Assembly: GCA_003250355.1 (NCBI GenBank)
Contig: QKGS01000078.1
Location: 616 to 64,615 of the forward strand
Source: Bacteroidota bacterium
Lineage (GTDB): Bacteria > Bacteroidota > Bacteroidia > Bacteroidales > SZUA-534
Length of the DNA stretch: 64,000 nt
Direction of reading: 5' to 3'
Below, one piece after another: positions 40,556-50,186 of this stretch. Each line of letters begins with the position of its first letter. The stretch's first letter is position 1. Under the pieces are notes generated by a model that saw nothing but the letters and a program-made list of their open reading frames with translations, ran no database searches and had not been told where the DNA came from. The position numbers and the translations under genes were made by a program.

Positions 40556-41581
40556 ATGTTGATACCTTTTTTAATTCCATTTATTATTGCAATGTTTCTT
40601 TCTATAAATATGGGAGGAAGCGGCACTGCACCCGCATTTTCGGCAGCTTTTGGTGCTAATGTTATCAAAAAGAGTTTGATACCCGGTTTGTTTGGGTTGG
40701 CTGTTTTTGCCGGGGCAATAATTGGGGGCGAACAAACAGCTAAAACAATAGGCAAAGGGCTTCTTGCTCCGGAAATGATGACATTTACCATAGTATCTGT
40801 TATACTATTCTCTATTGCTGTTTCTCTTTTTATTTCAAACATTTTGGGTATTCCTCAGTCTACCAGCCAATCAACGGTTATGGCAGTTGTTGCTCCGGCA
40901 GTATATTTCAATTCATTAAATAGCAATAAATTATTTTATGAAATAATTCCTACATGGTTTATAATGCCTGTTGCTGCATTTATTATTTCGTTTGTAATAG
41001 GTAAGTATATTTATAAACCGATTCGTAAGCGGGGTTATACTATGTCGAAAAAAATAAATGAAAGTTTTGTTCTCAAAGGCTTAATTATTGTAATGTCGAT
41101 GTATGTTGCATTCTCTATTGGTACTAACAACGTTGCTAATGCAGTAGGACCACTTTCGAGTTTGGCTTTTAATATTTTAGATATTTCTCCCTCAAATTAT
41201 TTACACGTATTAATATTGGCAACTCTTATTGTTGCTCCTTGCTTTGCAATAGGTAGTTCTATTTTTGGTTATAAAGTTGTAAAGAATACAGGTAAAGAAA
41301 TTGTATTATTCGGTAAAATTGAAGCTGTAATTATTGCGTTTATATCGGCTACATTGCTTATGTCGGCTTCACTTTTTAAAGGAATACCTACTTCATTGGT
41401 TCAGCTTAATGTTGGTGCAATTATTGGTATTGGAACGGCTAAGCTTGGATTTAAAAATATTTTCAGGCAAACTCAGGTTAATAAGTTTTTTATAATGTGG
41501 GTTATTGCTCCTGTTTTGGCTTTCGGTTTATCATTACTTTTTACATACCTAGCCGATAAGTTCGATTTACTCTATTTATAG
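40556..41581 (+). CDS. PiT (PHO4) family inorganic phosphate/anion transporter
   Basis: Duplicated signature loops NMGGSGTAPAFSAAFG and GTNNVANAVGPL in a protein of about 10 TM segments. Confidence 0.65.
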   Translation: MLIPFLIPFIIAMFLSINMGGSGTAPAFSAAFGANVIKKSLIPGLFGLAVFAGAIIGGEQTAKTIGKGLLAPEMMTFTIVSVILFSIAVSLFISNILGIPQSTSQSTVMAVVAPAVYFNSLNSNKLFYEIIPTWFIMPVAAFIISFVIGKYIYKPIRKRGYTMSKKINESFVLKGLIIVMSMYVAFSIGTNNVANAVGPLSSLAFNILDISPSNYLHVLILATLIVAPCFAIGSSIFGYKVVKNTGKEIVLFGKIEAVIIAFISATLLMSASLFKGIPTSLVQLNVGAIIGIGTAKLGFKNIFRQTQVNKFFIMWVIAPVLAFGLSLLFTYLADKFDLLYL

Positions 41582-41695
41582 TTTTTATGGTTCTGCTATT
41601 TGAATTAATTAAAAAATAAGCAAACCTTTGTCGGCAACAACATATAGAACTTTCACTAAAGTTTTGTGTTAAATATAAAAACGACAAATAAGTAT

Positions 41696-42442
41696 ATGAG
41701 AATAATATCACTGGCTCCGAGTATTACCGAAACCATTTTTGCTTTAGGTTCGGGTGATAGTTTGATTGGAGTTACTAATCATTGCAACTATCCTGCTCAG
41801 GTTAATGGAATTGCTAAGGTTGGTGCATTTGCATCGCCTTCAATTGATGAAATACTCCGGCTCAACCCCGATATAATTATTACTACCACGTTTCATAAGG
41901 CCGAAAAGCTTGAGCCTATTACCTCTAAAGGGATAAAGCTATACCAAATTGAAGGTGACCAATTGCTAGATGCTCCTAAAATGATTAGAGATTTGGGTAA
42001 AGCAATTGGAAAATACGATGTTGCCCATATTATGGCTACTGATATTGAAACTATATTTGAAAGCTTATTCCGAAAAGCATCAACAATGAATAAGGTAACG
42101 GTTTGCTATTTATGTACTTCAACAAAATTTTGCGGTCATAAGCCTTTATGCCATACAAATAATTTGGTTGAAAAACTGGGTGGCGTTCTAACCGATTACA
42201 ATAAAGATAATTTGGCAGAATCAATTGTATGCTCAATGCCCGAATCAATAATTATCCCTTATTCAAAAGAGTGTGACGATTACAAAATACAGATGGATTT
42301 TTTTGAAAACAACGCAATATTTAAGAAAACGCCTGCTTACAAAAACGGCCGGGTTCGTAATATGAACGGCGAACTTCTATCGCGCCCCGGTTCACGAGCT
42401 GCTGAGGGATTGAAACAGCTTTTTGAATTGATACATAATTAG
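41696..42442 (+). CDS. BtuF/TroA-like (Peripla_BP_2) cobalamin/metal-chelate binding protein without signal peptide
   Basis: RIISLAPSITETIFALG...LIGVT and RLNPDIIITT motifs. There is no hydrophobic leader after any candidate start. Confidence 0.7.
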   Translation: MRIISLAPSITETIFALGSGDSLIGVTNHCNYPAQVNGIAKVGAFASPSIDEILRLNPDIIITTTFHKAEKLEPITSKGIKLYQIEGDQLLDAPKMIRDLGKAIGKYDVAHIMATDIETIFESLFRKASTMNKVTVCYLCTSTKFCGHKPLCHTNNLVEKLGGVLTDYNKDNLAESIVCSMPESIIIPYSKECDDYKIQMDFFENNAIFKKTPAYKNGRVRNMNGELLSRPGSRAAEGLKQLFELIHN

Positions 42443-42489
42443 TTGTTGTATAACTAAATGTGGAATTTATGAAATATGAGAATTTAAAA

Positions 42490-43299
42490 ATGAAAACAAC
42501 AGTGCTAATATTATCAATATGCATTTCTGTTATATTAAACGGACAAACATATAAACGGATAGTTTCACTATCTCCGGCAGCATCATTTAACCTCACAGAG
42601 CTAGGTTGTGAAGATAAAATAGCAGGTGTTACCAGTTATTGCGACCTTGCTGCAAATGAGAATTTGGTGGTAGCTTCGGCTATTTCAATGAATATGGAAA
42701 AAGTGTTGATGCTTCAACCCGATTTGGTTATTTATACTACCATGTTCAAACCTGCTCAAATAGAACGCTTAAAACAAATGGGCATACACACTGAGATGTT
42801 TGCATCGCCTAAAAACTTTGAAGAAACCTGCACCCAATTTATTAGGCTTGGCGAACTGGTTGGCAAGAAAGCTCAAGCACTGCAATATGTTGATTCTGTT
42901 AAGAAAGAAATGGTTTCAATTCAAAATACAATTCCAAAAGGGAAAAAACCGAAAATGTTTATTGAAATAGGTTCAAAACCTTTATTTACTGCTATACCGG
43001 GTACTTTTATGCAAGACTATATTGATGTTATGGGGGGTGTAAATATTGCAGCAGACCAAACATCGGGTACTATATCGCGTGAAAAGGTTATTCAACAAAA
43101 CCCCGATTATATTATTATTGTTACTATGGGTATTGTTAGCCAAAAAGAGAAAGAGATGTGGGAAGGTTATCCTCAGTTAAGTGCCGTTAAAAACAATAAA
43201 GTGTTTATTGTTGATGCTACTATGAGCTGCCGCCCTACTCCTTATAATTTTATTAGTACCATTAAAGAGCTTAACAGGCTTATGTATGGAAAGAGATAA
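42490..43299 (+). CDS. BtuF-like periplasmic cobalamin/metal-chelate binding protein
   Basis: Signal peptide MKTTVLILSICISVILNG, followed by RIVSLSPAASFNLTELG, IAGVTSYCD and LQPDLVIYTT. Confidence 0.75.
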   Translation: MKTTVLILSICISVILNGQTYKRIVSLSPAASFNLTELGCEDKIAGVTSYCDLAANENLVVASAISMNMEKVLMLQPDLVIYTTMFKPAQIERLKQMGIHTEMFASPKNFEETCTQFIRLGELVGKKAQALQYVDSVKKEMVSIQNTIPKGKKPKMFIEIGSKPLFTAIPGTFMQDYIDVMGGVNIAADQTSGTISREKVIQQNPDYIIIVTMGIVSQKEKEMWEGYPQLSAVKNNKVFIVDATMSCRPTPYNFISTIKELNRLMYGKR

Positions 43300-43362
43300 A
43301 TTTGAAAATAAGGGAATTTGGAAATAAAGGAATTTGAGAATATGAAAATTAGGTGATATGTA

Positions 43363-43466
43363 ATGAAATATGAAAAAACGTGTAACCTGCAACTTGATAC
43401 TTGTAGCAATCTTCAGTCGGCAGTCTCCCTGCAACCCTGCAACCTTTCAACCTTTCAACCTTTCCC
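43363..43466. repeat. left copy of an inverted repeat pair (partner 52634..52736): conserved 43-nt core plus degenerate CYTGNAA heptamers
   Basis: aaaaacgtgtaacctgcaacttgatacttgta (43374-43405) equals the reverse complement of 52694-52725 at 31/32 positions. Including the flanks gives 40/43. Confidence 0.9.
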
Positions 43467-43589
43467 AATATTGTTAAAACCCTTCCACATCAATTCCTTT
43501 GCAAATCATTTTATTGATTTTATTGGTCTCAGAATATTTAATCAATATTACTAAAGCACTGTCAAATTATTATTTATATATTTGCCAAC

Positions 43590-43795
43590 GAATTTGGTTC
43601 TTTTCTTAGTTGTATCAATTAAGTAAGATAAAAAGGGAATCCGGTGCTTAGTTAAACTAAAAATCCGGAGCTGTACCCGCAGCTGTGAATCCTACCCGAA
43701 AGGGAAATGACTTTTGAACCGCAATGCCACTGCTCTGATAACTATAGAGTCGGGAAGGCATCGAAAGTTGGGATAAGCCAGAAGACCTGCCATAA
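43590..43795 (+). promoter_or_regulatory. cobalamin (B12) riboswitch
   Basis: aaaagggaatccggtg...aatccggagctgtacccgcagctgtga core, gccactg (43726-43732), gggaaggc, and the B12 box aagccagaagacctgcc (43775-43791). It lies directly upstream of a TonB-dependent receptor. Confidence 0.9.
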
Positions 43796-43848
43796 TTCAT
43801 AACAATTAATTTAATAAAAAGCCTCGGGGTAAAGGTTTTATTAAAGGT

Positions 43849-45834
43849 ATGAAATCAATATTTTCAATAAGGGTAATAAGTGTGAAGTTGTATAGTATTA
43901 TACTGTTAATACTTGCAGGGAAAGGTGTATTTGCTACCGATAATAAATACTATATACTGCCCGATACAGTTCACGTTGAAGAGGTTGTAGTGTCGGGTAA
44001 TAGTATTAACAGGTATCAAGTGGGGGCTAAGGTTGAAAAAATAGAAGCTCGTATATTCGATGCCAATAGCGATGCAAGCCTCGATGAGGTACTGTTCAAA
44101 TTCACTCCGGTATCGATTAAAACAATGGCAGGCAGCTTTTCGATGATTCGATTCAGAGGCACTTCGCCTAACCATACAAGCGTTAATTTTGGCGGACTTA
44201 ATATTAATTCGCTTACTCTTGGAGAAACAAACTTCGGCAATGTACCGGTTTATTTATTCGATGAACTTGGAGTACAATACGGCAGCTCATCGGCGGTTAA
44301 TGGTTCGGGAAGTATTGGCGGAGCTATTCATTTGGGGTTGAAAAGCCACTGGGTAAATGGAATTAAGGGCGAAGTACGTTTAACTCATGGCTCGTTTGGC
44401 GAACAGCTTACCGGATTTAAATATTATAGCGGAAACGGAAAATTTGAATCTGTTACACGGGGATATTGGTATTCCAAAGAGAACAATTTCACTTTTTTTA
44501 ACCCTAATTATCGCGATGTTGAAGCAGGTATTAGAGGAAAAACTGATGTTCAAAAAAATGCAAACATCGACAATAAAGGGATTATACAAGAGCTAAATTT
44601 TAAAATTGCCCCTAACCATTTCGTTAAGTCAAAAGTATGGATTGAGAATGACTGGCATTTGATTCAACAAAATATGGCTACAAACCTGAAAGATACCTTA
44701 CCCCGCGAAACACTTGAAGACCAAAACTTAAGGGTTTGGATTGATTATGAAAACAATCGCAATATTATCAAATATAAACTGGGAGCAGGTGGTGCCAGAG
44801 ATTTGAGCCGTTACAATAATACCTTGCAACCTATTATTACCAACCGTATTGAATCGGAAGGAAACATTGAGTTTAATATATCTGATAATTCATCGGTAAA
44901 AGCTGGTTTCGACTTTTCACGCATTACACCCGAGGTAAAATCGTACGATGAATTGCTTGAATACGAAGACCGTATTGATTTATTTTTACAATATCGCCAT
45001 GAATTGTTTAATAACAAACTAAGAACAACTCTTAACCTGCGCAAAGGTTATGTTACAGGGTTTATTGTACCCTTTACTCCGGCTTGGGGATTATCGTATT
45101 TATTGTATTCGGGCGAAAAAACTTTATTAAAACTTAACGGCAATATATCGTATAGCTACAGAGTTCCTACATTTAACGACAGGTTTTGGAAACCGGGCGG
45201 TAATCCAAATTTGAAACCCGAAAAAGGATTCAATTATGAGCTTGGAGCAAAATACAGTTATTGCGATGGAGCAAAATCGGGGAATATAAAGCTCAATTGG
45301 TTCTATATGGATATCGATAATTGGGTACTTTGGAAACCGGGCGGTAGTTTTTGGTATGCAACCAATGCAGAAAGGGTTATTAGCCAAGGTGTTGAACTAC
45401 AAACCGATGTAACTGTTAATGTATTTAATTCAGAAATAAACGGAGGCTTAGTTTTTTCATACAACCCTGTGTCGCGTAAAGAGGTACTAAATATGCAAAA
45501 CATTGCCGAAGCTAAACTCATAGGCAGGCAAATGGAGTATGTACCCCTTTATACCGGTTCAGCATTTGTATCGTACAACATTCGAAACTGGAGTATAGGA
45601 TACGATGTCCGTTTTAATCCTTGGCAATACACCGATGGAACCGAAGAAAACTTTATTGACGGGTATCTGTTATTTAACGCTAATGCCGGATATACATTAA
45701 ATATTTCACCTATTCATATAATAAAATTCCGCGGACACATTAATAATATTTTAAATACCAATTACCAATCGTCGTATGGTTATGCCATGCCCGGGCGGAG
45801 TTACAGAATTAGTATAACATATAACTTTAATTAA
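43849..45834 (+). CDS. btuB: TonB-dependent receptor, vitamin B12 transporter BtuB-like
   Basis: Plug domain (EEVVVSG..., IRFRGTS, GSIGGAIHL), a 22-strand-type barrel and a terminal aromatic residue (YNFN). The B12 riboswitch sits upstream. Confidence 0.85.
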   Translation: MKSIFSIRVISVKLYSIILLILAGKGVFATDNKYYILPDTVHVEEVVVSGNSINRYQVGAKVEKIEARIFDANSDASLDEVLFKFTPVSIKTMAGSFSMIRFRGTSPNHTSVNFGGLNINSLTLGETNFGNVPVYLFDELGVQYGSSSAVNGSGSIGGAIHLGLKSHWVNGIKGEVRLTHGSFGEQLTGFKYYSGNGKFESVTRGYWYSKENNFTFFNPNYRDVEAGIRGKTDVQKNANIDNKGIIQELNFKIAPNHFVKSKVWIENDWHLIQQNMATNLKDTLPRETLEDQNLRVWIDYENNRNIIKYKLGAGGARDLSRYNNTLQPIITNRIESEGNIEFNISDNSSVKAGFDFSRITPEVKSYDELLEYEDRIDLFLQYRHELFNNKLRTTLNLRKGYVTGFIVPFTPAWGLSYLLYSGEKTLLKLNGNISYSYRVPTFNDRFWKPGGNPNLKPEKGFNYELGAKYSYCDGAKSGNIKLNWFYMDIDNWVLWKPGGSFWYATNAERVISQGVELQTDVTVNVFNSEINGGLVFSYNPVSRKEVLNMQNIAEAKLIGRQMEYVPLYTGSAFVSYNIRNWSIGYDVRFNPWQYTDGTEENFIDGYLLFNANAGYTLNISPIHIIKFRGHINNILNTNYQSSYGYAMPGRSYRISITYNFN

Positions 45835-45842
45835 TAAAAATT

Positions 45843-46931
45843 ATGAGAAACAGATTATCAATTTCTGCTTTACTGCTTATGGCAGTTGTTTTCTTTAGTT
45901 CATGTACAAAAGATAACGCAAAAGGTGCATTAACCGAAATTACCCCTTCGTCGGGTATAATTGTAAATTTTGGTCAGTATAATGGTGCAAAAAGTACCCT
46001 GTCGTTCTACGACGGTATTACACAAAGTGTAATTAACAATTATTTTAAATCGGTTAATGATTTCAATTTATTATCAAATATTCAATATGCATATAAGGCC
46101 GACAGTACAATTTATTTTATGAATAATAATGTTGACGAAGTATTATATGTAAGTGCCAAAGATTTGAAACAAGTTAAGAATGCAATATCAGGAGCCGATA
46201 TTGTAAAACCTCGTAACTGTGTTGCATATAATAATATATTGTATGTTTCGTGCTGGGATGGTGAACCATGGACAGATGCAACTTTAGGTAAAATTGTTAA
46301 AATTGATATGAAAACCAATACAATTATTGGTTCTATAACAATGCCTGGGGGTCCGGAAGGGTTAGAGGTTTCTAATGGAAAGCTTTATGCAGCATTGAAT
46401 TACGACACAAAAATTGCAGTAATTGATTTAATAACCGAATCGGTTAGTTATATATACACTCCTGCTAAATCATCGTATTTAAAAAAGGATAATATGGGTA
46501 ATATATATGTGTCGTTAATATCGTATACTGCAACAGAGACCGGTATTGGTTATATTAATACTGTTACAGATGAGATAACTGTGTATGAAATTGATGGGGT
46601 GAGTACATCATATGTAAGTGTGTTAGAATTTAGTAAAGATTATTCAAAGCTTTATGTATTACAATCAGCATGGAATACAGAAATAGGTGGTTATTCGGGA
46701 AGTGTTGCTGTATTTAATACCGCAACAAAAGCATTAGAACCCCAAAATTTAGTTTCTGATTTAAACGGTATAAATGGTGTAGATGTAGATGAAGTAGGTG
46801 GCAAGATTATGGTTTTTATATCAAATGGTGGCTCAACAAATGGTATTGTAAAAATATACAATGATAATGGTACTTATATAAAAGATGTGGAAACAGGAAT
46901 TAATCCATTCATGTATCTTTCTTTGAAATAG
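45843..46931 (+). CDS. surface lipoprotein with YncE/YVTN-type beta-propeller repeats; BtuG-like candidate
   Basis: Lipobox VVFFSSC. Repeated ...LYV/A...KI.VID... blades. Sits immediately downstream of btuB, as in Bacteroides B12-uptake loci. The BtuG assignment is inferred from synteny. Confidence 0.55.
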   Translation: MRNRLSISALLLMAVVFFSSCTKDNAKGALTEITPSSGIIVNFGQYNGAKSTLSFYDGITQSVINNYFKSVNDFNLLSNIQYAYKADSTIYFMNNNVDEVLYVSAKDLKQVKNAISGADIVKPRNCVAYNNILYVSCWDGEPWTDATLGKIVKIDMKTNTIIGSITMPGGPEGLEVSNGKLYAALNYDTKIAVIDLITESVSYIYTPAKSSYLKKDNMGNIYVSLISYTATETGIGYINTVTDEITVYEIDGVSTSYVSVLEFSKDYSKLYVLQSAWNTEIGGYSGSVAVFNTATKALEPQNLVSDLNGINGVDVDEVGGKIMVFISNGGSTNGIVKIYNDNGTYIKDVETGINPFMYLSLK

Positions 46932-46965
46932 ATTCATAAGAATATAAAATTTAAATTAGAACTTA

Positions 46966-47083
46966 GGGCTGTCCAAAAACTTCAGATTAGTCACGGGGTG
47001 AATTGCTAATTATTTGCAATACAGTAATTTGTTATTTGAGAATTCTAACAAATCTATTCACCCCGTGACTTTTTGTACACCCC
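46966..47083. mobile_element. MITE-like palindromic repeat, copy B (inverted relative to copy A)
   Basis: gggctgtccaaaaacttcagattagtcacggggtgaat ... attcaccccgtgactttttgtacacccc. It ends 17 nt before the cobU ATG. Confidence 0.8.
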
Positions 47084-47100
47084 TTTCCTTATTCGCAAGT

Positions 47101-47610
47101 ATGGCAAAAATTACGTTAATTACAGGAGGACAACGGTCAGGGAAAAGCAGTTTTGCTCAAGATAAGGCATTGGAGTTATCTGAAAATCCGGTATACCTTG
47201 CTACATCGCGTATTTGGGACGAAGACTTCCACGACCGTATAAAACGTCATCAGGCCGACCGTGGCGAGCAATGGGAGAATATTGAAGAGGAAAAGAACAT
47301 TGATACTATAGAACCAAAAGGTAATGTAATACTGGTTGATTGTATTACCTTATGGTTGACCAATATCTTCTTCGATAACGATAACGACCTTGATAAATCG
47401 CTTGAAGAAGCTAAAATTATCTGGAATAAATTTACGCAGAAAGATGTTACCTTACTTGTAGTTACCAATGAGCTCGGAATGGGAATGCATGCCGAAACAG
47501 AACTTGGAAGAAAATTTCAGGACTTACAAGGCTGGATGAACCAATATATTGCCAAACAAGCCGACGAAGTAGTGCTTATGGTATCGGGTATTTCTGTTAA
47601 AATTAAGTAA
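47101..47610 (+). CDS. cobU: adenosylcobinamide kinase / adenosylcobinamide-phosphate guanylyltransferase
   Basis: ITLITGGQRSGKS P-loop, about 170 aa, and LVDCITLWLTN. The ORF-track N-terminal extension overlaps the repeat element and is rejected. Confidence 0.9.
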   Translation: MAKITLITGGQRSGKSSFAQDKALELSENPVYLATSRIWDEDFHDRIKRHQADRGEQWENIEEEKNIDTIEPKGNVILVDCITLWLTNIFFDNDNDLDKSLEEAKIIWNKFTQKDVTLLVVTNELGMGMHAETELGRKFQDLQGWMNQYIAKQADEVVLMVSGISVKIK

Positions 47611-47661
47611 TATGAAAATTTGTAAATTGGGGAATTAGAAAATTAATTAATCCAATTTATT

Positions 47662-47996
47662 ATGAAGACAGATAATCTTATTCTTGATTTAACTTTTGAA
47701 TTTTCATTAAATGTAATTGAATATGTTGAACTTCTTGAAGAAAATAGAAAGTATAATTATTAAAATCATGAACTCCAATAGTGGCAAATACCAGAGAAGC
47801 ACAAAGTGCAGAAAGTAGAGCCGATTTTGTACATAAGTTTAAAATAGCAGATAAAGAGGTGAAGGAAACATAGTATTGGTTAATGCTTTGTGAAAAAGCA
47901 AGTAAATACCCAGATCCTCCCGAAGAAGTAATGAAACAGATAAAAGATATAGGAAATATAATCTCTAAAATAATAATATCATCAAAGAAAAAATAA
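47662..47996 (+). pseudogene. disrupted four-helix-bundle protein gene (TIGR02436 / 23S rRNA IVS-protein family)
   Basis: The N-terminal piece MKTDNLILDLTFEFSLNVIEYVELLEENRKYNY stops early. A second frame gives ANTREAQSAESRADFVHKFKIADKEVKET*YWLMLCEKA..., matching the family signature EAQ..S..DF..K..IA.KE..ET.YWL but with an in-frame TAG and a missing central helix. Confidence 0.7.
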
Positions 47997-48001
47997 ATGT
48001 A

Positions 48002-48117
48002 GAATTTGAGAATTTGAAAGTTGATAGGAATAAGGATTCTTGTGAGTATTTTTAATTTTCACATTTCCCAATTCCCACTTTTTCACATTTTCACATTTCC
48101 AAATTTCCAAATTTCAA
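48002..48117. repeat. purine-rich GAATTTG-type block followed by a mirrored pyrimidine-rich TTTCCAAA/TTTTCACA block
   Basis: gaatttgagaatttgaaagttgataggaataagg ... ttttcacatttcccaattcccactttttcacattttcacatttccaaatttccaaatttcaag. The two arms are partly complementary if G:U pairs are allowed. Confidence 0.65.
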
Positions 48118-48122
48118 GAAAC

Positions 48123-49121
48123 ATGAAGAAAGAATTACAACACAAAATAGACTTTAAAACCAAGCCGCAAGGTGCTTTAGGACAGTTAGAAGAACTGGCG
48201 TTACAAATAGGACAAATACAAAACACCCTTACGCCCGAGTTGAAGAATCCTACATTTTTGGTATTCGCAGCCGACCATGGTTTAACAGAAGAAAAGATAA
48301 GTACCTTCCCTAAAGAGGTTACTTTCCAAATGGTTATGAACTTTCTTTACGGCGGGGCTGCAATCAATGTATTTTGTAATCAGCACGATATTACCCTAAA
48401 AATAGTTGATGCAGGGGTCGATTACGATTTTCCCGACACATACAAACTTATAAATGCCAAAATTGCTCATGGTACAAAAAACAGCCTTAAAGAGCCGGCA
48501 ATGTCAACCAATGAATGCGAGCAGGCACTTGCAAAAGGAGCAGAACTGGTAAAGGCTGAGGCCGCCGCAGGGTGTAACGTTATTGGCTTTGGCGAAATGG
48601 GAATTGGCAATACATCGGCTGCAGCGCTTATAATGCAAAAAATAACCAAGCTCCCTATTGAACAGTGTGTAGGTGCCGGAACAGGCCTCGATAACGATGG
48701 TATTGACCATAAGACCGAGGTTCTCAGAAAAGTTACACAAAAACACAATGTTACAGCTCCAAAAGATATTCTTGCCGCAGTGGGTGGATTAGAAATTGCA
48801 ATGATGTGTGGTGCTATGCTTGAAGCAAAAAAGCAGAATATGCTTATACTTGTTGACGGTTTTATTGCCACGTCGGCATTTATGGTTGCTAATGAAATAG
48901 ACAAATCAATAAAAGATAACGCCGTATTCGGACACGTATCGAACGAGCAGGGACATAAGCGAATGATTGAGTATTTGGGCGTAAAGCCTATATTAAATAT
49001 GGGCTTACGCCTTGGCGAAGGTACCGGTGCTGCATTAGCTTACCCTTTAATTAAGTCATCGATTGAGTTTCTTAACAAAATGGCAAGCTTTGAGGATGCA
49101 GGGGTATCAGAGTCTAATTAG
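48123..49121 (+). CDS. cobT: nicotinate-nucleotide--dimethylbenzimidazole phosphoribosyltransferase
   Basis: KTKPQGALGQLE, FAADHG, GEMGIGNTS and LGEGTGAAL motifs. Start taken at MKKELQHKID, because the upstream extension translates repeat DNA. Confidence 0.92.
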   Translation: MKKELQHKIDFKTKPQGALGQLEELALQIGQIQNTLTPELKNPTFLVFAADHGLTEEKISTFPKEVTFQMVMNFLYGGAAINVFCNQHDITLKIVDAGVDYDFPDTYKLINAKIAHGTKNSLKEPAMSTNECEQALAKGAELVKAEAAAGCNVIGFGEMGIGNTSAAALIMQKITKLPIEQCVGAGTGLDNDGIDHKTEVLRKVTQKHNVTAPKDILAAVGGLEIAMMCGAMLEAKKQNMLILVDGFIATSAFMVANEIDKSIKDNAVFGHVSNEQGHKRMIEYLGVKPILNMGLRLGEGTGAALAYPLIKSSIEFLNKMASFEDAGVSESN

Positions 49122-49355
49122 GAAATTAGGAAATATGAAAATTAGGGAATGAGAAAAAATAAGAATTTTAGTGTTACCTAGATTTCGCAAGTCATCGGAT
49201 GAATTATTGATTTGGAACCAATTAGCTTTTTAAAGTTGGTGCTTTCTATTTGGTATTCATCCTATGACTATTAGACGATTGTGAAAAATACCTGCGGATT
49301 TTAGGTGTTACTAATTTCCAAATTTTACATTTTCACATTCTCAAATTGAAATTTG
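49121..49355. repeat. cobT-cobS spacer: GGAAATTAGG-type block, about 145-nt insert with 13/14-nt direct repeats, mirrored CTAATTTCC-type block
   Basis: ggaaattag (49121-49129) is the exact complement of ctaatttcc (49311-49319). Direct repeats attttagtgttac (49165-49177) / attttaggtgttac (49298-49311). Internal IR gtcatcggatgaat (49191-49204) / attcatcctatgac (49255-49268). Confidence 0.6.
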
Positions 49356-49376
49356 AATAAACACACAAACAGAATA

Positions 49377-50132
49377 ATGTATCAATTAAAGTTACTACGC
49401 ACAGCAATAATGTTTTACACCCGTATTCCGGTAGGAATCATTAAAGGGTATTCCAATGAAATGGCATCGCAGTCAGTTTCGTATTTTCCATTAGTCGGAG
49501 GAATTATCGGGCTGTTATGTGCAGGAGTATTTTATGCCTTTTCGCTAGTGCTTCCGCAAAATGTAGCAATACTATTAAGTATGGCATTTTCGGTTTATCT
49601 GACCGGAGCATTTCACGAAGATGGCTTTGCCGATTTCTGCGACGGCTTTGGAGGTGGTTACACCAAAGAGCGTGTAATGGAAATAATGAAAGACAGCCGC
49701 ATAGGTGCTTACGGAACCATTGGAATTGTTTTTATGCTTGCCATAAAGTTTTTTGCATTGGTTGAGCTTTCGCAAATGCAGGTGGTATATGCTTTAGTTG
49801 CCGGCCATATTCTTAGCAGAATGGTTACCGCTGTTTTAAGCTTTACTGCCAAATATGTACAGAGCGTTGAAAAAAGCAAACTTAAAGCAGAGCTATCTAC
49901 AAGTAAATTTCAAGGTATGATATTTCCGGTTTTGATAGGACTTGTTCCGGTTGCATGGCTTGGATGGCAGACTGTTGCATTTTATTTAGCAGTAGTATTG
50001 CCCGTGTTTCTTATTTACAGGCGATACATTATAAAGAAAATAGGCGGCTACACCGGCGATGTACTTGGCGCTTTTCAGCAAATAACAGAGGTGATTTTTT
50101 ATTTGAGCTATATTGCTTATTTGGGGTTCTAA
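49377..50132 (+). CDS. cobS: adenosylcobinamide-GDP ribazoletransferase (cobalamin synthase)
   Basis: FYTRIPV, TGAFHEDGFADFCDG and GGYTGDVLGA motifs in a polytopic membrane protein. Confidence 0.9.
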   Translation: MYQLKLLRTAIMFYTRIPVGIIKGYSNEMASQSVSYFPLVGGIIGLLCAGVFYAFSLVLPQNVAILLSMAFSVYLTGAFHEDGFADFCDGFGGGYTKERVMEIMKDSRIGAYGTIGIVFMLAIKFFALVELSQMQVVYALVAGHILSRMVTAVLSFTAKYVQSVEKSKLKAELSTSKFQGMIFPVLIGLVPVAWLGWQTVAFYLAVVLPVFLIYRRYIIKKIGGYTGDVLGAFQQITEVIFYLSYIAYLGF

Positions 50133-50186
50133 GTTGCAGGTTATAGGTTATAGGTTATAGGTTGCAAGTTGCAGGTTCATAGGCTG
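50133..50186 (+). repeat. degenerate heptamer array GTTRYAG (about 7 units)
   Basis: gttgcag gttatag gttatag gttatag gttgcaa gttgcag gttcatag, starting directly after the cobS stop. Confidence 0.85.

Noticed and set aside
47014-47100. N-terminal extension of cobU in the ORF track (MQYSNLLFENSNKSIHPVTF...)
   Set aside because: The extension uses a non-ATG start and lies inside the palindromic repeat copy B. The conserved CobU N-terminus begins at MAKITLITGGQRSGKS (47101).
48021-48122. N-terminal extension of cobT (…FHISQFPLFHIFTFPNFQISR)
   Set aside because: It translates the TTTCCAAA/TTTTCACA low-complexity block. CobT homology starts at MKKELQHKIDFKTKPQG (48123).
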